From: the human T2T-CHM13v2.0 reference genome, Homo sapiens
Assembly (NCBI RefSeq): GCF_009914755.1
Contig: NC_060940.1
DNA: 64,000 nucleotides
Reading direction: 5' to 3' (one strand)
Shown: piece by piece, positions 16,770 through 30,713 of the stretch
Layout: each line of letters opens with the position of its first letter
How positions within the stretch are numbered: position 1 is the first letter of the stretch
Program-made: the position numbers and the translations under genes
The notes under the pieces: generated by a model
Told to the model about the DNA's origin: nothing
The model's database searches: none
What the model saw: the letters and a program-made list of their open reading frames with translations, nothing else

Positions 16770-16968
16770 GCTTCTCCAGCTGGTCCCCGATCACCCTGAG
16801 GAAGGCCACGGAGATCATGAGCAGGTTGAGGAGGAAGCAGGCCTCACACAGCTTCCCAATGGCAGGGCCACACAGCCCCCTGACCACACCCTGGTAGGTG
16901 GCCTGGCCACTGACAGCAGCAGCATAGCCCAGGATGACCAGCCCGCTGATCAGGAAGACCAACGAGAC
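16770..16968 (-). CDS. SLC38A8: SLC38A8 exon 3 (199 nt, VSLVFLISG...GDQLEK)
   Basis: ccttctccgcag| acceptor, C|gtaagt donor, frame continuous. Confidence 0.97.
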
Positions 16969-17546
16969 CTGCGGAGAAGGAGCAGGACCTGGAACTGGGG
17001 TGTGCCCACAGCCCACCCACCCCCAGCCAGCCACCCCTCGGGCACACTCTCCACATGGCTTCTCATCCACAGAGGCCAGGGCTGCTGCCAACATGGGGTT
17101 GGCAGTCTACCAGCTATGTCACTGCACACACCCCCACCCCACCCCACCTATCCTGAAATCAGAGCTGCAGTGCAGGCTGATTCTGGCAGGCTCACTGGCT
17201 CTAGGCTGTGAACCTGGGAATCTGACACCATCCTGCCCCAGTGGGATAAATGAGACATCAGAAACCCAGTGTTTAAGTTACTCTCCTAAAATCGCCTGGG
17301 CTGTGGGTGGAGAGGCAGTAGGCGTGGTGGCTTGGAACCCGAGGTGGAGCGGGCACAGCCGGGCTCAGGTTCTAACCACTGCTCACCTGCTGTGTGGCAT
17401 GAAGCAGGATGGCAACCTCTGCTTTTCCATCTGTGAAATGGGGGCGGCACCGCCCCCTTGCAGGGGTGCTGCTATGACACGTCAGGACTGAACAAGGTCT
17501 GTGACATACTCGGCTCAGCGTGTCAGTGCTCAAGAAATGGTGTTCC

Positions 17547-18394
<848 letters not shown>

Positions 18395-18979
18395 TCAGAT
18401 GTACAGGAAAGTTGCAAGAACGTTACAGTGAACACCCCTGTGGGCAGCCACCCGACTCCCCCATGACAGGTTGCTATACTTGCTTTGACTCCTCTACCCT
18501 TCCACCCATGCCTCTGTGAGGCCATCCATCCATCTTAATGGATCAGCATTTTGAAGCAAGCTGCAGATCCCAGTGTACATCCCCTGGAATACTCTGGCGT
18601 GCCTACCATGCATTAGAGCTTGATGTTTGTTCATTCACCGGCCTTTTCTCTTGTAGGGTGAATATTTACATATAAAATGCTCAAAGTCTTAAGTGTATTG
18701 CTGGAAGATGTACAATGCACATGTGCCAGCCAAACTGCTACCCACAGGCGGAACATCGCCACACCCCGGACGGTGCCACGAGTCCCACTTCTGTCTCCCT
18801 CCCATCCCCAGAAGAAACCACCGGTCTAGTATTTTCCACCTTTACGTAATTCCTGGCTACTCCCACTCCATCAAGCATGTGTGATTGATCCGTATCGGGC
18901 GCACAGGCAGCTTGCTTCTGTTTTTGCTAAAAGGCCATTGTCTGAATAGATCACAATTAGCTGAGCATGGTGGTCGAGC

Positions 18980-19378
18980 ATTCCACATCTAATCCCTAGA
19001 GCCTGTGAACGTGACTTACTGGAAACAGTTTTTGCAGATGTCCACAAGGAAAATGTTAATTAAGTGAAAAAGGGGTTTGCCTCTATCATTAAGGATCTTG
19101 AGGTGAGGTCATCTTGGATCTGGTGGGCCCTCAACCCATTGAGGTATGTCCTTGTAGAGACAGAAGGGAAGGAGGCAGAGATTGGAGTCCTGAGGCCATA
19201 AACCCAAGAAGCACCTGGAGCCACCAGGAGCTCGAAGAGCCTTTGGAGGGAGCGAAGCCCTGCTGACACCTTCATGTCAGATTCCTGACCTCCAGAACTG
19301 TGAGAGAATACATTTCCAGTGTTTTAAGCCCTACGTTTTGTGGTAATATGTTATAGCAGCCCTAGGAAACAGACACAT
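18980..19378 (+). mobile_element. MLT1-type MaLR LTR
   Basis: tttgcagatgt...ccctgctgacacctt...cctccagaactgtgagagaata...tatagcagccctaggaaac. Confidence 0.85.
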
Positions 19379-19532
19379 GCAATTGTAAAATATTGAGGGA
19401 TTTCTCCAATGTCCTCTCACCCACGCTCTAAGCTCCCTGAAGACTGGGTGGTATCCTTTTTTCTATTTTGCCCCAGAGAAGGGCCTGACAAATGCAGACA
19501 CTCATAAAACATCTGTGGTTGAAAGGCAGGGG

Positions 19533-19903
<371 letters not shown>

Positions 19904-20015
19904 TCACAAGAGGGACTGAGCCTCCAGGCAGCAGAACCGCAAGGAGCCCCGGTCGCCATGCCAGACCCAGCCCCTCCACAGCTCCCAAGAGGGGATTTGC
20001 CCGTTTTCATCAAAT

Positions 20016-20106
20016 GTCTCCCATCCAAGTACTAATCGCGCCCGACCCTGCTTAGCTCCTGAGATCAGATGAGATCAGGTGCGTTCAAGGTGGTATGGCC
20101 CTAGAC
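20016..20106 (-). pseudogene. 5S rRNA retropseudogene (nt 1-91, 3'-truncated, no poly(A) tail)
   Basis: Reverse complement GTCTAGGGCCATACCACCTTGAACGC...AGCTAAGCAGGGTCGGG...TAGTACTTGGATGGGAGAC matches human 5S; flanked by direct repeat gttttcatcaaat at 20003-20015 and 20108-20120. Confidence 0.95.
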
Positions 20107-21389
20107 TGTTTTCATCAAATGGCACTAAACCGCCAACCCTAACGCGTCAGGCTTCCAACCTCTGCCCACTGACTTCACATTTAAACGCTCCCCATGCAGA
20201 AGCCTCACCAGCTAAGTGGAGGATAGCAGCCTCCCCCAAATCTTCCATCATTCACAGTGACATCACTCCAGCCCCAACTCCATCTCCCCGGTAGCCCTGG
20301 AGGCTAAAAGGAACAACTTGGGGTGGCGGGAGCGTGTCAAGAGCCAGGCTGGCTCCTCTGCTCTGCCATGAGTTTCCATTTATTCACCTCAGGGTTCCCT
20401 TCTCCTCAAGTCTGCTGAGTGAAGGGATCTGGAGCTCATCCTAAGCAAAGCAAAACAGCTGTTTCCCCAGAAGCAAGTCACAAATGTGGTCTCAGGCCCA
20501 CCCAGCCCTGCAGGGCCAGCATCTGCATTTCAGCAAGATCTGTGTGAAATGCCTGCACGGTGCTTGTGGAACAGGGTTCCCACTCTCTGGCTCATGGCCA
20601 TTCCTGCTGCCCGGGGATTGGCCACAACCCTACCCCCAAGCCCCACCTGCCCTCTGTGGCTTGAGATGGGGCTTCTCCCTCACTGCTGTAATGGCAGGCT
20701 TCCTGACACACTAGTCCAAACGCAGGCGTGCTGCCCCGTCACGTGCACCTCAGGAAGCTCTTACCATTTCCAGTGGGGCTCAGCGCAAAGGTCACCTCCT
20801 CCGAGAGGCTTCCGACCACGCCATGTCATATCATCCCCCGATCCCCAGAGACACATGACCCTCCCGGCATGATCCACCATCTGAAGCTGATGACATGCAT
20901 CTTGTCTGACTTCCCATTAAAACAAAGCTCCATGAGGACAGGGACCACACTGCGTCATCCATCCTAGGCCAGGCACGGGGCAGGAGCTCGGCCAACGCCA
21001 GGGGTGTCATGGGTTACACCCGACACTAGTTTCCAAACAGACCCGAAGAGCCTCAGGGCACACAAACGGTTGGAACTCAGCCATTATCCACCAGCTGCCG
21101 TAAGACGTGTGAGAAAAAGCCGGCCAAAGAGCTTACCACAAAATGCAGCAATTCATTCCATCAGCCAGCGGCAAAGGATCTTAGAAAATAAAGCTGTGCT
21201 CATCAGTGGCTCTCCCGCAGCAAAGAGAAGAGCGCGGCGTCCGCGCTTCCCCAAAAGGGAATTCTGGCTTTGCACCCGGCAGGCAGGAGAGCGGAACATC
21301 CGACACCAGGCAAGGCCGGCCCGGCTCTGTGTGGGGAGTGTGGGAGTGTCACACCAGTTTTAGGCTCAATCTGCACACAGGAGTCGAGC

Positions 21390-21686
21390 TTTGTTTTTGT
21401 GTGTTTAAGACAGAGTCTCACTCCGTCGCCCAGGCTGGAGCGCACAGTCTCAGCTCACTGCAACCTCCGCCTCCCAGGTTCAAGCGATTCTCCTGACTCC
21501 ACCTCCTGAGTAACTTGGATTACAGGCGCCCGCCACCACGCCCCGCTAATTTTTGTATTTCCAGTAGAGACAGGGTTTCACCATATGGGCCAGGCTGGTC
21601 TCAAACTCCTGACCTCAGGTGATCCGTCCACCTTGGCCTCCCAAAGGGCTGCGATTATAGGCACGAGCCACCGTGCCCGGCCCAGC
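21390..21686 (-). mobile_element. Alu
   Basis: Alu consensus. Confidence 0.95.
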
Positions 21687-21939
21687 TTTAGTTTTTGAGC
21701 TAAGACCAGCAGGCAAGAAAGAGCAGCTGGCCAGGCAGGGCGCCCAGAGAGGTTCCTTCCCAGGTGAAATGCCCACTTCACAGACAGAGCTGCGATGCCT
21801 GTAGCTCCATCCCGGAAGCTGTGTATCAGATGCCACCAGCGCCCACGGGGGATATTCTCATCCCAGGGCTACAGTGGGATTATCTTCTCCCCTCATTAGC
21901 TGAGCGGGATAGAAAATAAAACCCCGAAGCTATAGCTTA

Positions 21940-22266
<327 letters not shown>

Positions 22267-22620
22267 TCACGCTTTCCTCCCTAAGTTCTCGATATCCTTA
22301 TTTGTCTCCCCAACTCAGTGAGAGCTCCCTGAGCCGCTCCTGCCCGCTTCCTTGGCGTCAGCTCCCCCTTTCCAAAGGGTGCTGCATGCATCTGCCCACG
22401 ACTTCTAGTCCCCCTTCGTCTCCCATTCCCTACCCACATTATTCTCACTCCTGCCCTCCCACTAGACCCCAAGGCAACCTCACCCCTTCCCCCTCCCTCT
22501 CTTCTCCCAAACCCCCAACCTTCCTCATCCCCATCAATCCTCTCTCCCCCCATTCCCATCCACTCCCTTTGCTTCCAGCCAAACTTCTGTACAAACAGAC
22601 CCCCAGTTCCTGGTCCTTAC

Positions 22621-22790
22621 CACCAAATCCAACTTTTAAGGTGCCGGACAGTCTTTGGCTGTTGGGGATGGGACTCGGGCTTACTCCAGGTGGCTCAGTT
22701 GCATTTCTTGGGGCCAGAGGGGTGGGAGAAGCAAGATTCGAGCTTGGCCAGGGGTGAGTGAGTCATTAACTAAAGGAGCCCTAGCGAGTA
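22621..22790 (-). other. SLC38A8: Probable non-coding exon 1 (5' UTR) of SLC38A8
   Basis: The acceptor 2 nt before the ATG implies an upstream exon; GTG|gtaagg donor at 22620-22615; 5' end not determinable from sequence. Confidence 0.6.
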
Positions 22791-23449
22791 TGTGTCAGGG
22801 TCAGGCCCCTCCACACCTAAGAGGACAGCAACAAGTGGTCAGGGCCATGGGTCCCAAGAATTTGCAGCTTTTGAGACTTCTGACCTGAGCAAGGAAGGCT
22901 TAAGACTCCCGCCTCTCCCCAGCCCCCTGCAGGCCCGGCCCCGGGGGTGGAGCTTTCTCAGCTGCCCTGGAGGGTGACAGGGAGCTCAGCTGGGAGCCAC
23001 ACGGGGCAGGGGAGCAGGCACCATGATCTCATGGCAGCTTCTGCAGCGCCTCCATCCTCACATACCTCTCCAAGGTCCCCAGCCCAACGGAGGGGGCGTG
23101 AAAAGTGCCCTGAGCCCAGCCTCCTCCTCTGCAGAACAGGCTCCACCGTCCGCAGGTGCTGCCTCCTAGGTGGTTTCCTTTACCTCCTCCACCCAACTCC
23201 AGCAGGTGCGTCTCAGAGCTAATCCCATGCACACGAGTCACCTGAGACGGGGCTTGTTGAACGCTTGGGGGAGGCGGCGGCTGCTGGTCCCTAGGCCACG
23301 CTTGAGTGATGACACATCTCTCCAAACTGATACGGGGTCAGCTAAGGGGACAGAATATCGGAGACGGCCCCATTCCGGAAAATGCTGGCACATGCAGCTC
23401 AGATCCGGAATTTGACTGTTTATTCCTGGAACCCAGGCTCCCTCTCACC

Positions 23450-23631
23450 CGCATTCTCGAACTCCAGTTTGCATCAGAATCCACTGGAAGGCTTGTTCAA
23501 ACACAGAACACCAGGCCCCAGCCCCTGTTTCTGACTGAGTGTCTCCGGGGCGGGGTCTGGGCACCTGCCTTTCTAACGGGTTCCCAGGTGACTCCAATGC
23601 CGCTGGTTCGGCCCCTCGCTGAGAAGCACTG
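23450..23631. mobile_element. MER5A-like DNA transposon
   Basis: gcatcagaatc...gcttgtt...ttctaac...cccaggtga...tgagaagcactg. Confidence 0.8.
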
Positions 23632-24281
23632 CTTTCAGTTAAATATCCTCAATGCCCAGAACCCCTCCCCCCGCTGCATCTAATCAGTCCTTATCTGTCC
23701 GACACCAGATCAGCCCCAAAGGCTTCTTTTTGATGTGGTTTCTAATGGTCTCAACCCCCGACTCCTGTTACCTCCTGATGAGCAGGCAGGTTCCAAACTC
23801 TGTGGCTCACACAATGGCTGCTCCATAAATGCCCAACCAGCAGAGTCAGTGGCTGGCTTCTCAGCAGGGGCAAGTGAAAGGGAGCCGGGATTGCAGTCCC
23901 GGAGCTCAAGGCTGGACAATGACCCGGATGACATTCACGCCACTGCTGCATAAATGTGCTGCTGAGAACCTAGCCTGGATGAGTTCACGCGGATTCCTGA
24001 GCGGGTGTCCCCACTGTTCCCCCCAACTCCCACCCCGCACCAAGCAGGAACTCGGCTCAGGCAGGTGGAGCACGTGGCTCAGAGCATCACAGCTGGCAAG
24101 CAACAAGGCTGGGATTCACCCTGAGTCAGGCTCCTTTCAGAGGCTGTAATGTCACACGGCCTCCTGCCCCACAAGGACTCTGACAGTGCCTGAATGAGTG
24201 TGTGAGAGAATGAATGAATGAATGAATGAATACACAAATGCCAGAAAAGAGAGGAAAGGAAACGTCGTTTGATTGTTCCCC

Positions 24282-24688
24282 TGTATTACGCTCCTGAGGC
24301 TGCCAACACAGACTCAGGGGCTTAGAACAATAGAAAGTTATTCTGTCATGGTCTTGAAGGTCAGAAGTTGGTCAAGGTATCAATGGGGACATGCTCCCTC
24401 TGGAGGCCATGGAGGGCGGATCCTTCCTGCCTCTTCCAGCTCCTGGGGGCCTAGGCACTCCCTGGCTTGTGACTGCATTGCTGCCGTCTCTGCCAGCATC
24501 ATCTTCCCAAGCTTTCTCCTCTGTGTCTTCTCTTTTCAGAAAGGCCCACCCAGATAATCCAAGATGATCCCATCTCAAGATCGTTACTTATATCTGCAAA
24601 GACCCTTTTTCCAAATAACGTTAACAGTCACAGGTTCCAGGGCGTGGCATAAATCTCTCTACTGGGGGCCACCATTCAGCCCACTACA
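24282..24688 (-). mobile_element. MLT1-type MaLR LTR
   Basis: ggcttagaacaatagaaagttattct...tctgcaaagacccttttt...attcagcccactaca. Confidence 0.8.
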
Positions 24689-25932
24689 CCCCTCACATCT
24701 GAGATCTGTTTGAGTTCTCATCAGTCATTCAACAAACACTGAGTGCCTACTGTATGCAGGCACTGGAGCTCAAAGGTGAAAGAGAAGGCTCCTCCAGAGA
24801 AGGGGACGGTCCCGTGGGGAGCTCAAGAAGAGACAAGCCACCCAAGCCCAATGGGAGGACCGGACTACGAGACCCAAGAATGGAGGTGAATCTGGAGGGG
24901 CTTCCTGGAGAAAGTGTGGGGGCTGAGGGGATATCTGTGCACCATTGGTGAAGGGCTGGGAGGATGTTCTGGGAAGTGGAGACTCCCAGTGGCAGGTGCA
25001 TGAGCCAGTGCTCCCGGGAAGGGCCCCGGGGACTGGGGTTCCCTAGGATAGAGACCTAGGTCAGCGCTGAGCTGGGAAAAGGCTTAAACTCTTGTGTCCC
25101 ACTCGCTGGAGGGTCACTAAACCATGTGGAGATGGCACTGGACACAGCAGGGAAGGAGGGGGCTGCGGGTGACACCGCAGGCAGGGCCCGTGCAGTACCC
25201 AGGCTGGGAGAGGGCGGGGACCACACGCAGTATTCACACAGCTCTCCGAGGCCTGCCAAAGAGGCCAAGTCATTCCCGCTTCCCCCCAAATCCAGCCTCC
25301 TGAGAAAGGAGATAAAGGGCCCTTCAGCAGCGGCTGGGGGCTTTGCAGTCCTTAATCTCCGCTCGGGGGCTGGGGGGACACTTCCCTGTCCCTGCCGGTG
25401 GGTCCCTCATTAGCGGCCCATTAACGTGCATGACTTAGAAATTGGCCATTGGGCTGTGAAATTCCAGGCAATGGGGAAAACCTCTTAATTCGGAGGGGCT
25501 TTGATATCCACTCTCTGCCGGCATCACAGGGCTGCGTGACCTTTCCCGAGCTGTGGAGGGGCGCCCTACTGGGCTGCATCTGCAGCCGGTGGGCGGGCGG
25601 GCAGGCGGGTGGGCGGCCACCCTCTGCTTAGTCGGCCCAGCCCACCCAGACCTGACACTGGCTCCAGTGCAGCAGGAGCACGAGGAGGCCACACGGAGGT
25701 GCCCGTGTGGATGCTGTCGGCCGTGGCCCACGCTGCACACGGCACCCTGCACAAGAGCGCCCAGCCTGGGGTGGCCTCTCCCCCGCTGTGCTGCGGGGAC
25801 CCACCTCACCAAGGGAGCTCTTGAGGACCCCAGAGTCCGTGTCAGGTGACAGGCCTAGGAACTTTCACAACAAAGTGGCCTCTGATCGTTTCCCAGACCT
25901 TTCTGCTCATGTCCGTTAGAAAATTCTGGAGA

Positions 25933-26200
<268 letters not shown>

Positions 26201-26493
26201 ACCACCCCAGAAAACTCCAGAGAACAAATGACGGCAGGCCTCAGGAGCTAGCCGGCTGCAGCACACAGTATCGTCACCCTGGCTCTGGGGTCTCAGGCCT
26301 GAGCCTCACTCGAGTCACCTGTGAAATGGGAGGACACAGGCGCCTGCTCTCTGGGGCTGTCAGGAGGGGCCCGTGGATGGTGTGCACAGCACAGGAGTGG
26401 CACGTGGCAGCTGCTGAGGTTGGAACAGAAGTGTGTGCCATATTCCATTATCCAAATTTCCGTTTTCACTTGGGTCCAAATCGGAGCTTCTAG

Positions 26494-26955
<462 letters not shown>

Positions 26956-27214
26956 TGAGAGTAGAGCACCCAGTTCTTAGGGCCTCCCGCTGACCCTGCT
27001 GTCCCCGAGACTGAAGCCCCTCCTTTCTCCGAAGCTCTCAGCCCTAGGCCTGGCCCACGAAGGCTGCTTAGTAAGCAGCGCAGCAAGCCCAGTGTGTCGG
27101 AGCAGAGCCGGCCTCCAGCTTCTCAGATGGTGGGAGGGGCCCCACCTGCAGAAATTACCAGGGACCAAAAGTCCTCGGATGGGAGACGGATGTCATAGGG
27201 ATAGAGAAACTGCT

Positions 27215-27660
27215 TGTGGTCGGTGAAATGATGGCCTCAAAGATGTCCTCATCGGAACCTCCAGGCCTTGTATGTTACCCCACATGGCAAAAGGGGCTTC
27301 ACAGATGAGATCGGGGACCTTGTGGGGAGGGGACCCTGAGCTATCCAGGTGTGCTCTATATGTAATCAGTGTCCTTCTAACACGGATGCAGGAGGGGCCA
27401 GAGGTCAGAGAGGAGACAGTGGTGTGGAGACAGCAGCAGAGGCTAGAAGGGTGTGCGTGGAACACGGAGGAGGGGCCACCGGATGCTGGGAAAGGCAGGG
27501 AAATGGGTTCTCACCCAGGGCTTCAGGAAGGAACCAGCCCTGCCAACACCTTGATTTTAGGCCAGTGAGCCTGAACTTGCACTTCCAACCTCTGGAACCG
27601 CAATATATGTTTTAAGCCACTAAATTTGTGGTAGTTTGTCCAGGTGGCAATAGGACCCAC
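27215..27660 (+). mobile_element. MLT1D-like LTR
   Basis: tgtggtcggtgaaatgatggcctc...gctgggaaaggcagggaaatgggttct...tttaagccactaaatttgtggtagtttg. Confidence 0.8.
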
Positions 27661-28159
27661 ATACACCAGCATCCTGAATTCCGATCCTTGGGCAGTTCTG
27701 AGAGGACAGGCTGGTGGGCTCCCCCTGGGCTCAGCAGCAGAGGCTGGATCCCTCAGGAACACAGCCACAGGGCACAGGCCTTGTCACATCCCGCGGTCCC
27801 CGCCTGGGGGCTGCTTCTCCAGAGCTGTAGTCAGAAGACCTGCTCTGGGTAAAGCAGTAAAGGGGTGAACTGTGGGAGGGAAAGGAAGCATCCTTTAGGC
27901 TCACTCTCCTCCTGCCACTGTGTCCAATGGAGGAAACACTGGGGGTGCTGCGGGGGGTGGTCAGCAGCCAACACAGGGCTGGGGGCAGAGGGCAGGGAGG
28001 AGGACGTGGTGCCAGGGCTGAGCCCACAGGGTCTTCATCCAGGGGGTTCTGACCACTTGGGTTCACACTGACACTGGGAGTCGGAAGGGCACAAGAACCT
28101 CTCCCAGGTTCTAAGCCAGGGCTCCCAAGGGGGCCGCCTGTTGACAAGAATCTCCTGTG

Positions 28160-28690
28160 GAGGGAGCGTGTTAAGAGTTAACATGACATAAAATTCACTT
28201 TTTTTAAACTCCATTCTGGGGCTTACCATTTTAAAGTGTGCAATCCAGTGGCTTTAAGTACTCACAATGTTGTGCCAGTATCACCACTATCTAATTCCAG
28301 AACATTTTCAACAGCCCCAAAGGAAGATCCCTTCCCCTAGCTCCTGGCAACCACGAATCGACTCCCTGTTTTTGTGAACTTTGTTTACTGTGGAGACTTC
28401 ATCACACATGACATGGCCTTTTGTGTCTGGCTTCTTTTACTCAGCATGTTCCTGGGGTTCCCCAACTTGGGAGCATGTGTGAGAACTTCGTTTCTTTTTG
28501 TGGCCGTGTTCAATGGCATGGAGAGGCCACCTTTGTCCATGTGGCCATCACTGCTAGACCTGTGGGCCGGCCCCGCCTTCTGGCTACTGTGAATAGTGCA
28601 GGTGTGAACTTCACAGAGGTTTTTGTTTGAACACCTTGTTTTCAGTTCTCTTGCGTATAGGCTTAGGGACTGCTGGGTCACAGTTCCAGC
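28160..28690 (-). mobile_element. Old L1 (L1MB-like) 3' end
   Basis: Reverse-complement L1 3' UTR motifs. Confidence 0.8.
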
Positions 28691-30713
28691 AGTTGTTTGC
28701 TCTTGGGAGCTTTTAAAAGAGATTCCTAGTCCCTTCCCAAGGAACAGATGATCTAGTCAAGCTGGGGTGAGGCCAGGGATCTGTATTTCTAGGACACTCA
28801 CCTGCAATGCCTTCTTGTTACCAGCAAATGAAACCATTATTCCGTGAGTTAATATCCAATTAAGGCGGTGGTGCCAGCCACTTTTTTAATGAAGAATTTC
28901 AATATTTCTCTAGAAATGTCTATCTAACCTGTATATAAAATGGGAGACAACCCTTTTGCATATCCTTGACTCTATATTTTGTGTCCTGTGAAATCAAAAT
29001 CTATGTCAACCCTCCCATTATTTCCAGTAGGCAGCACCCTCCGCCCGCCGTGGGAGGCAGGCAGCCTGGCGGTGAGGGCTTCAGAGCTCAGGCCCAGGCC
29101 AGACCTGGGTTTTCGCCTGAGAAATGGCTCCGAGAGCCCTGGGCGGGATCATGCCCATGAACCATTGGCCTGAGGCACAGAGACGACCGCTCAGCAGGTC
29201 CCAGGACCATCGCTGTGGGCCAGGCTCACCTACTGTGCGTGGCTTTCCTGGGAGGTCTCCTTGGAGCCATCATATGTGGGGCACGCTCTGCACGGAACAG
29301 ACAAGTGTGTGTGCAAAGAAAGATCTAGACTTGAGTGTCCTATACAGGGGAGGGGGCCAAAGGGGGAGTCACTATTTGTATCTCATCTCAAAGGCTCCTG
29401 CAATCGGGGCCACTGCCTGAGTCTCTAGAGAGAGCCAGGGCAAAGGATGACATCTGGCCCCTCTCACGGTCCCCAGGCCCCCTGTGAACCCCAGGTGTTA
29501 TCTGTGGTTGTGGCTGGTTGGTCTTTTTTTTGTTTTTTGTTATTTTTTTGTAGAGACAGAGTCTTGCTTACTTTGGCCAGGCTGGCCTCAAGTGATCCTC
29601 CTGCTTCGGCCAGCCAGTCTTGGGATTTCAGGCAGAGCCACTGCCAGCTGGCCTTTTCTGGCTTGTTAAAAAGATGTAGCTGTTCACTAGGACAATGAGA
29701 GCCTATGCCAGGGGCAAAAAGGAATCCTTTCGAAGGGGGGTTTGGCCCAGCCCAGGACCACGAGTGGGCCTAGGTGACAGAACGTGGCCTCAACCTCCAG
29801 GCACGTGTGTCCCTGTAATGGCTGACACCGGCGCTGGCTGTCAGGCACATGGCTAAGCACATGGCCTGGGTGACACCATGTACCAAACACACAGCAGTCG
29901 GTGGAGTGAAGGCCCCTGGCTAGGGCCCACAGCAGGAGTGGCCGGGCTGAACTGGACCCAGGCAGCTTGAGTCTAGGGCCAGGGCCACGACATCCTCTCC
30001 AGGACCTCCAAGGCAGACCCCGGAATCCCACGGCTGCCACCCAGCAAAGGGGGCGTCCCTCCAGGGCCTCTTCTGTTGGGTGGCACATCTGAATGCCAGA
30101 CTCAGCCATCTCAGCAGACCACATGGATCCGGTTCCTCCCGGAGACCTAATCCCCTTTCTACATAAACTCTCCACCAGGGCGTTCTCTCTCCAGGCTCAC
30201 CCTCACCTGCTCCTTCACTCAATCCTCCCAGACTCTGTCCCAAGGCCCCCCAGCATCTGGGTATCCTCCTGGTGTGTCACTGTCCCTTTAGAGAGAGACA
30301 GACAGACATGGGACATCACACAGACACCAGCAGGAGAGAACAAGGGTTAAGTACACAGGTTTTGGGACTGAGGGCAACATGAGTTCAAATTCTGCCTTGG
30401 CTACTAGTTGTATGACTGGGCAAGGGGACGAGTGATTCCCGGGCTTCTGTTTCACCTGTGTGATGGGCCCAGTGATGCCCACCTTACAGTGTGTGGGGAA
30501 TGAAACAAAAACACATGTTGTAACTAGCACAGCGTGCCTGGGCACACAGTTCCTCATGACATCATTCCGGCAACTGGACAGAAAGGGTCCTCGCCTTCTG
30601 GTTTGAGGCAAAACCTTTAACATAACCCTGTCCTTTATGGTCCTGACCACCAGACGGTGAGTGGCCTGCACCTGTAGAGACCTGTGAGACGAGAGGCTCC
30701 AGAGCCAACAGCA

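Noticed and set aside
20016-20106. Functional 5S rRNA gene
   Set aside because: Lacks the last ~30 nt and the terminator, has several substitutions and is flanked by a target-site duplication.
26998-27015. REST/RE1-like motif (ttcagtctcggggacagc on -)
   Set aside because: Three mismatches in the CAGCACC half-site.
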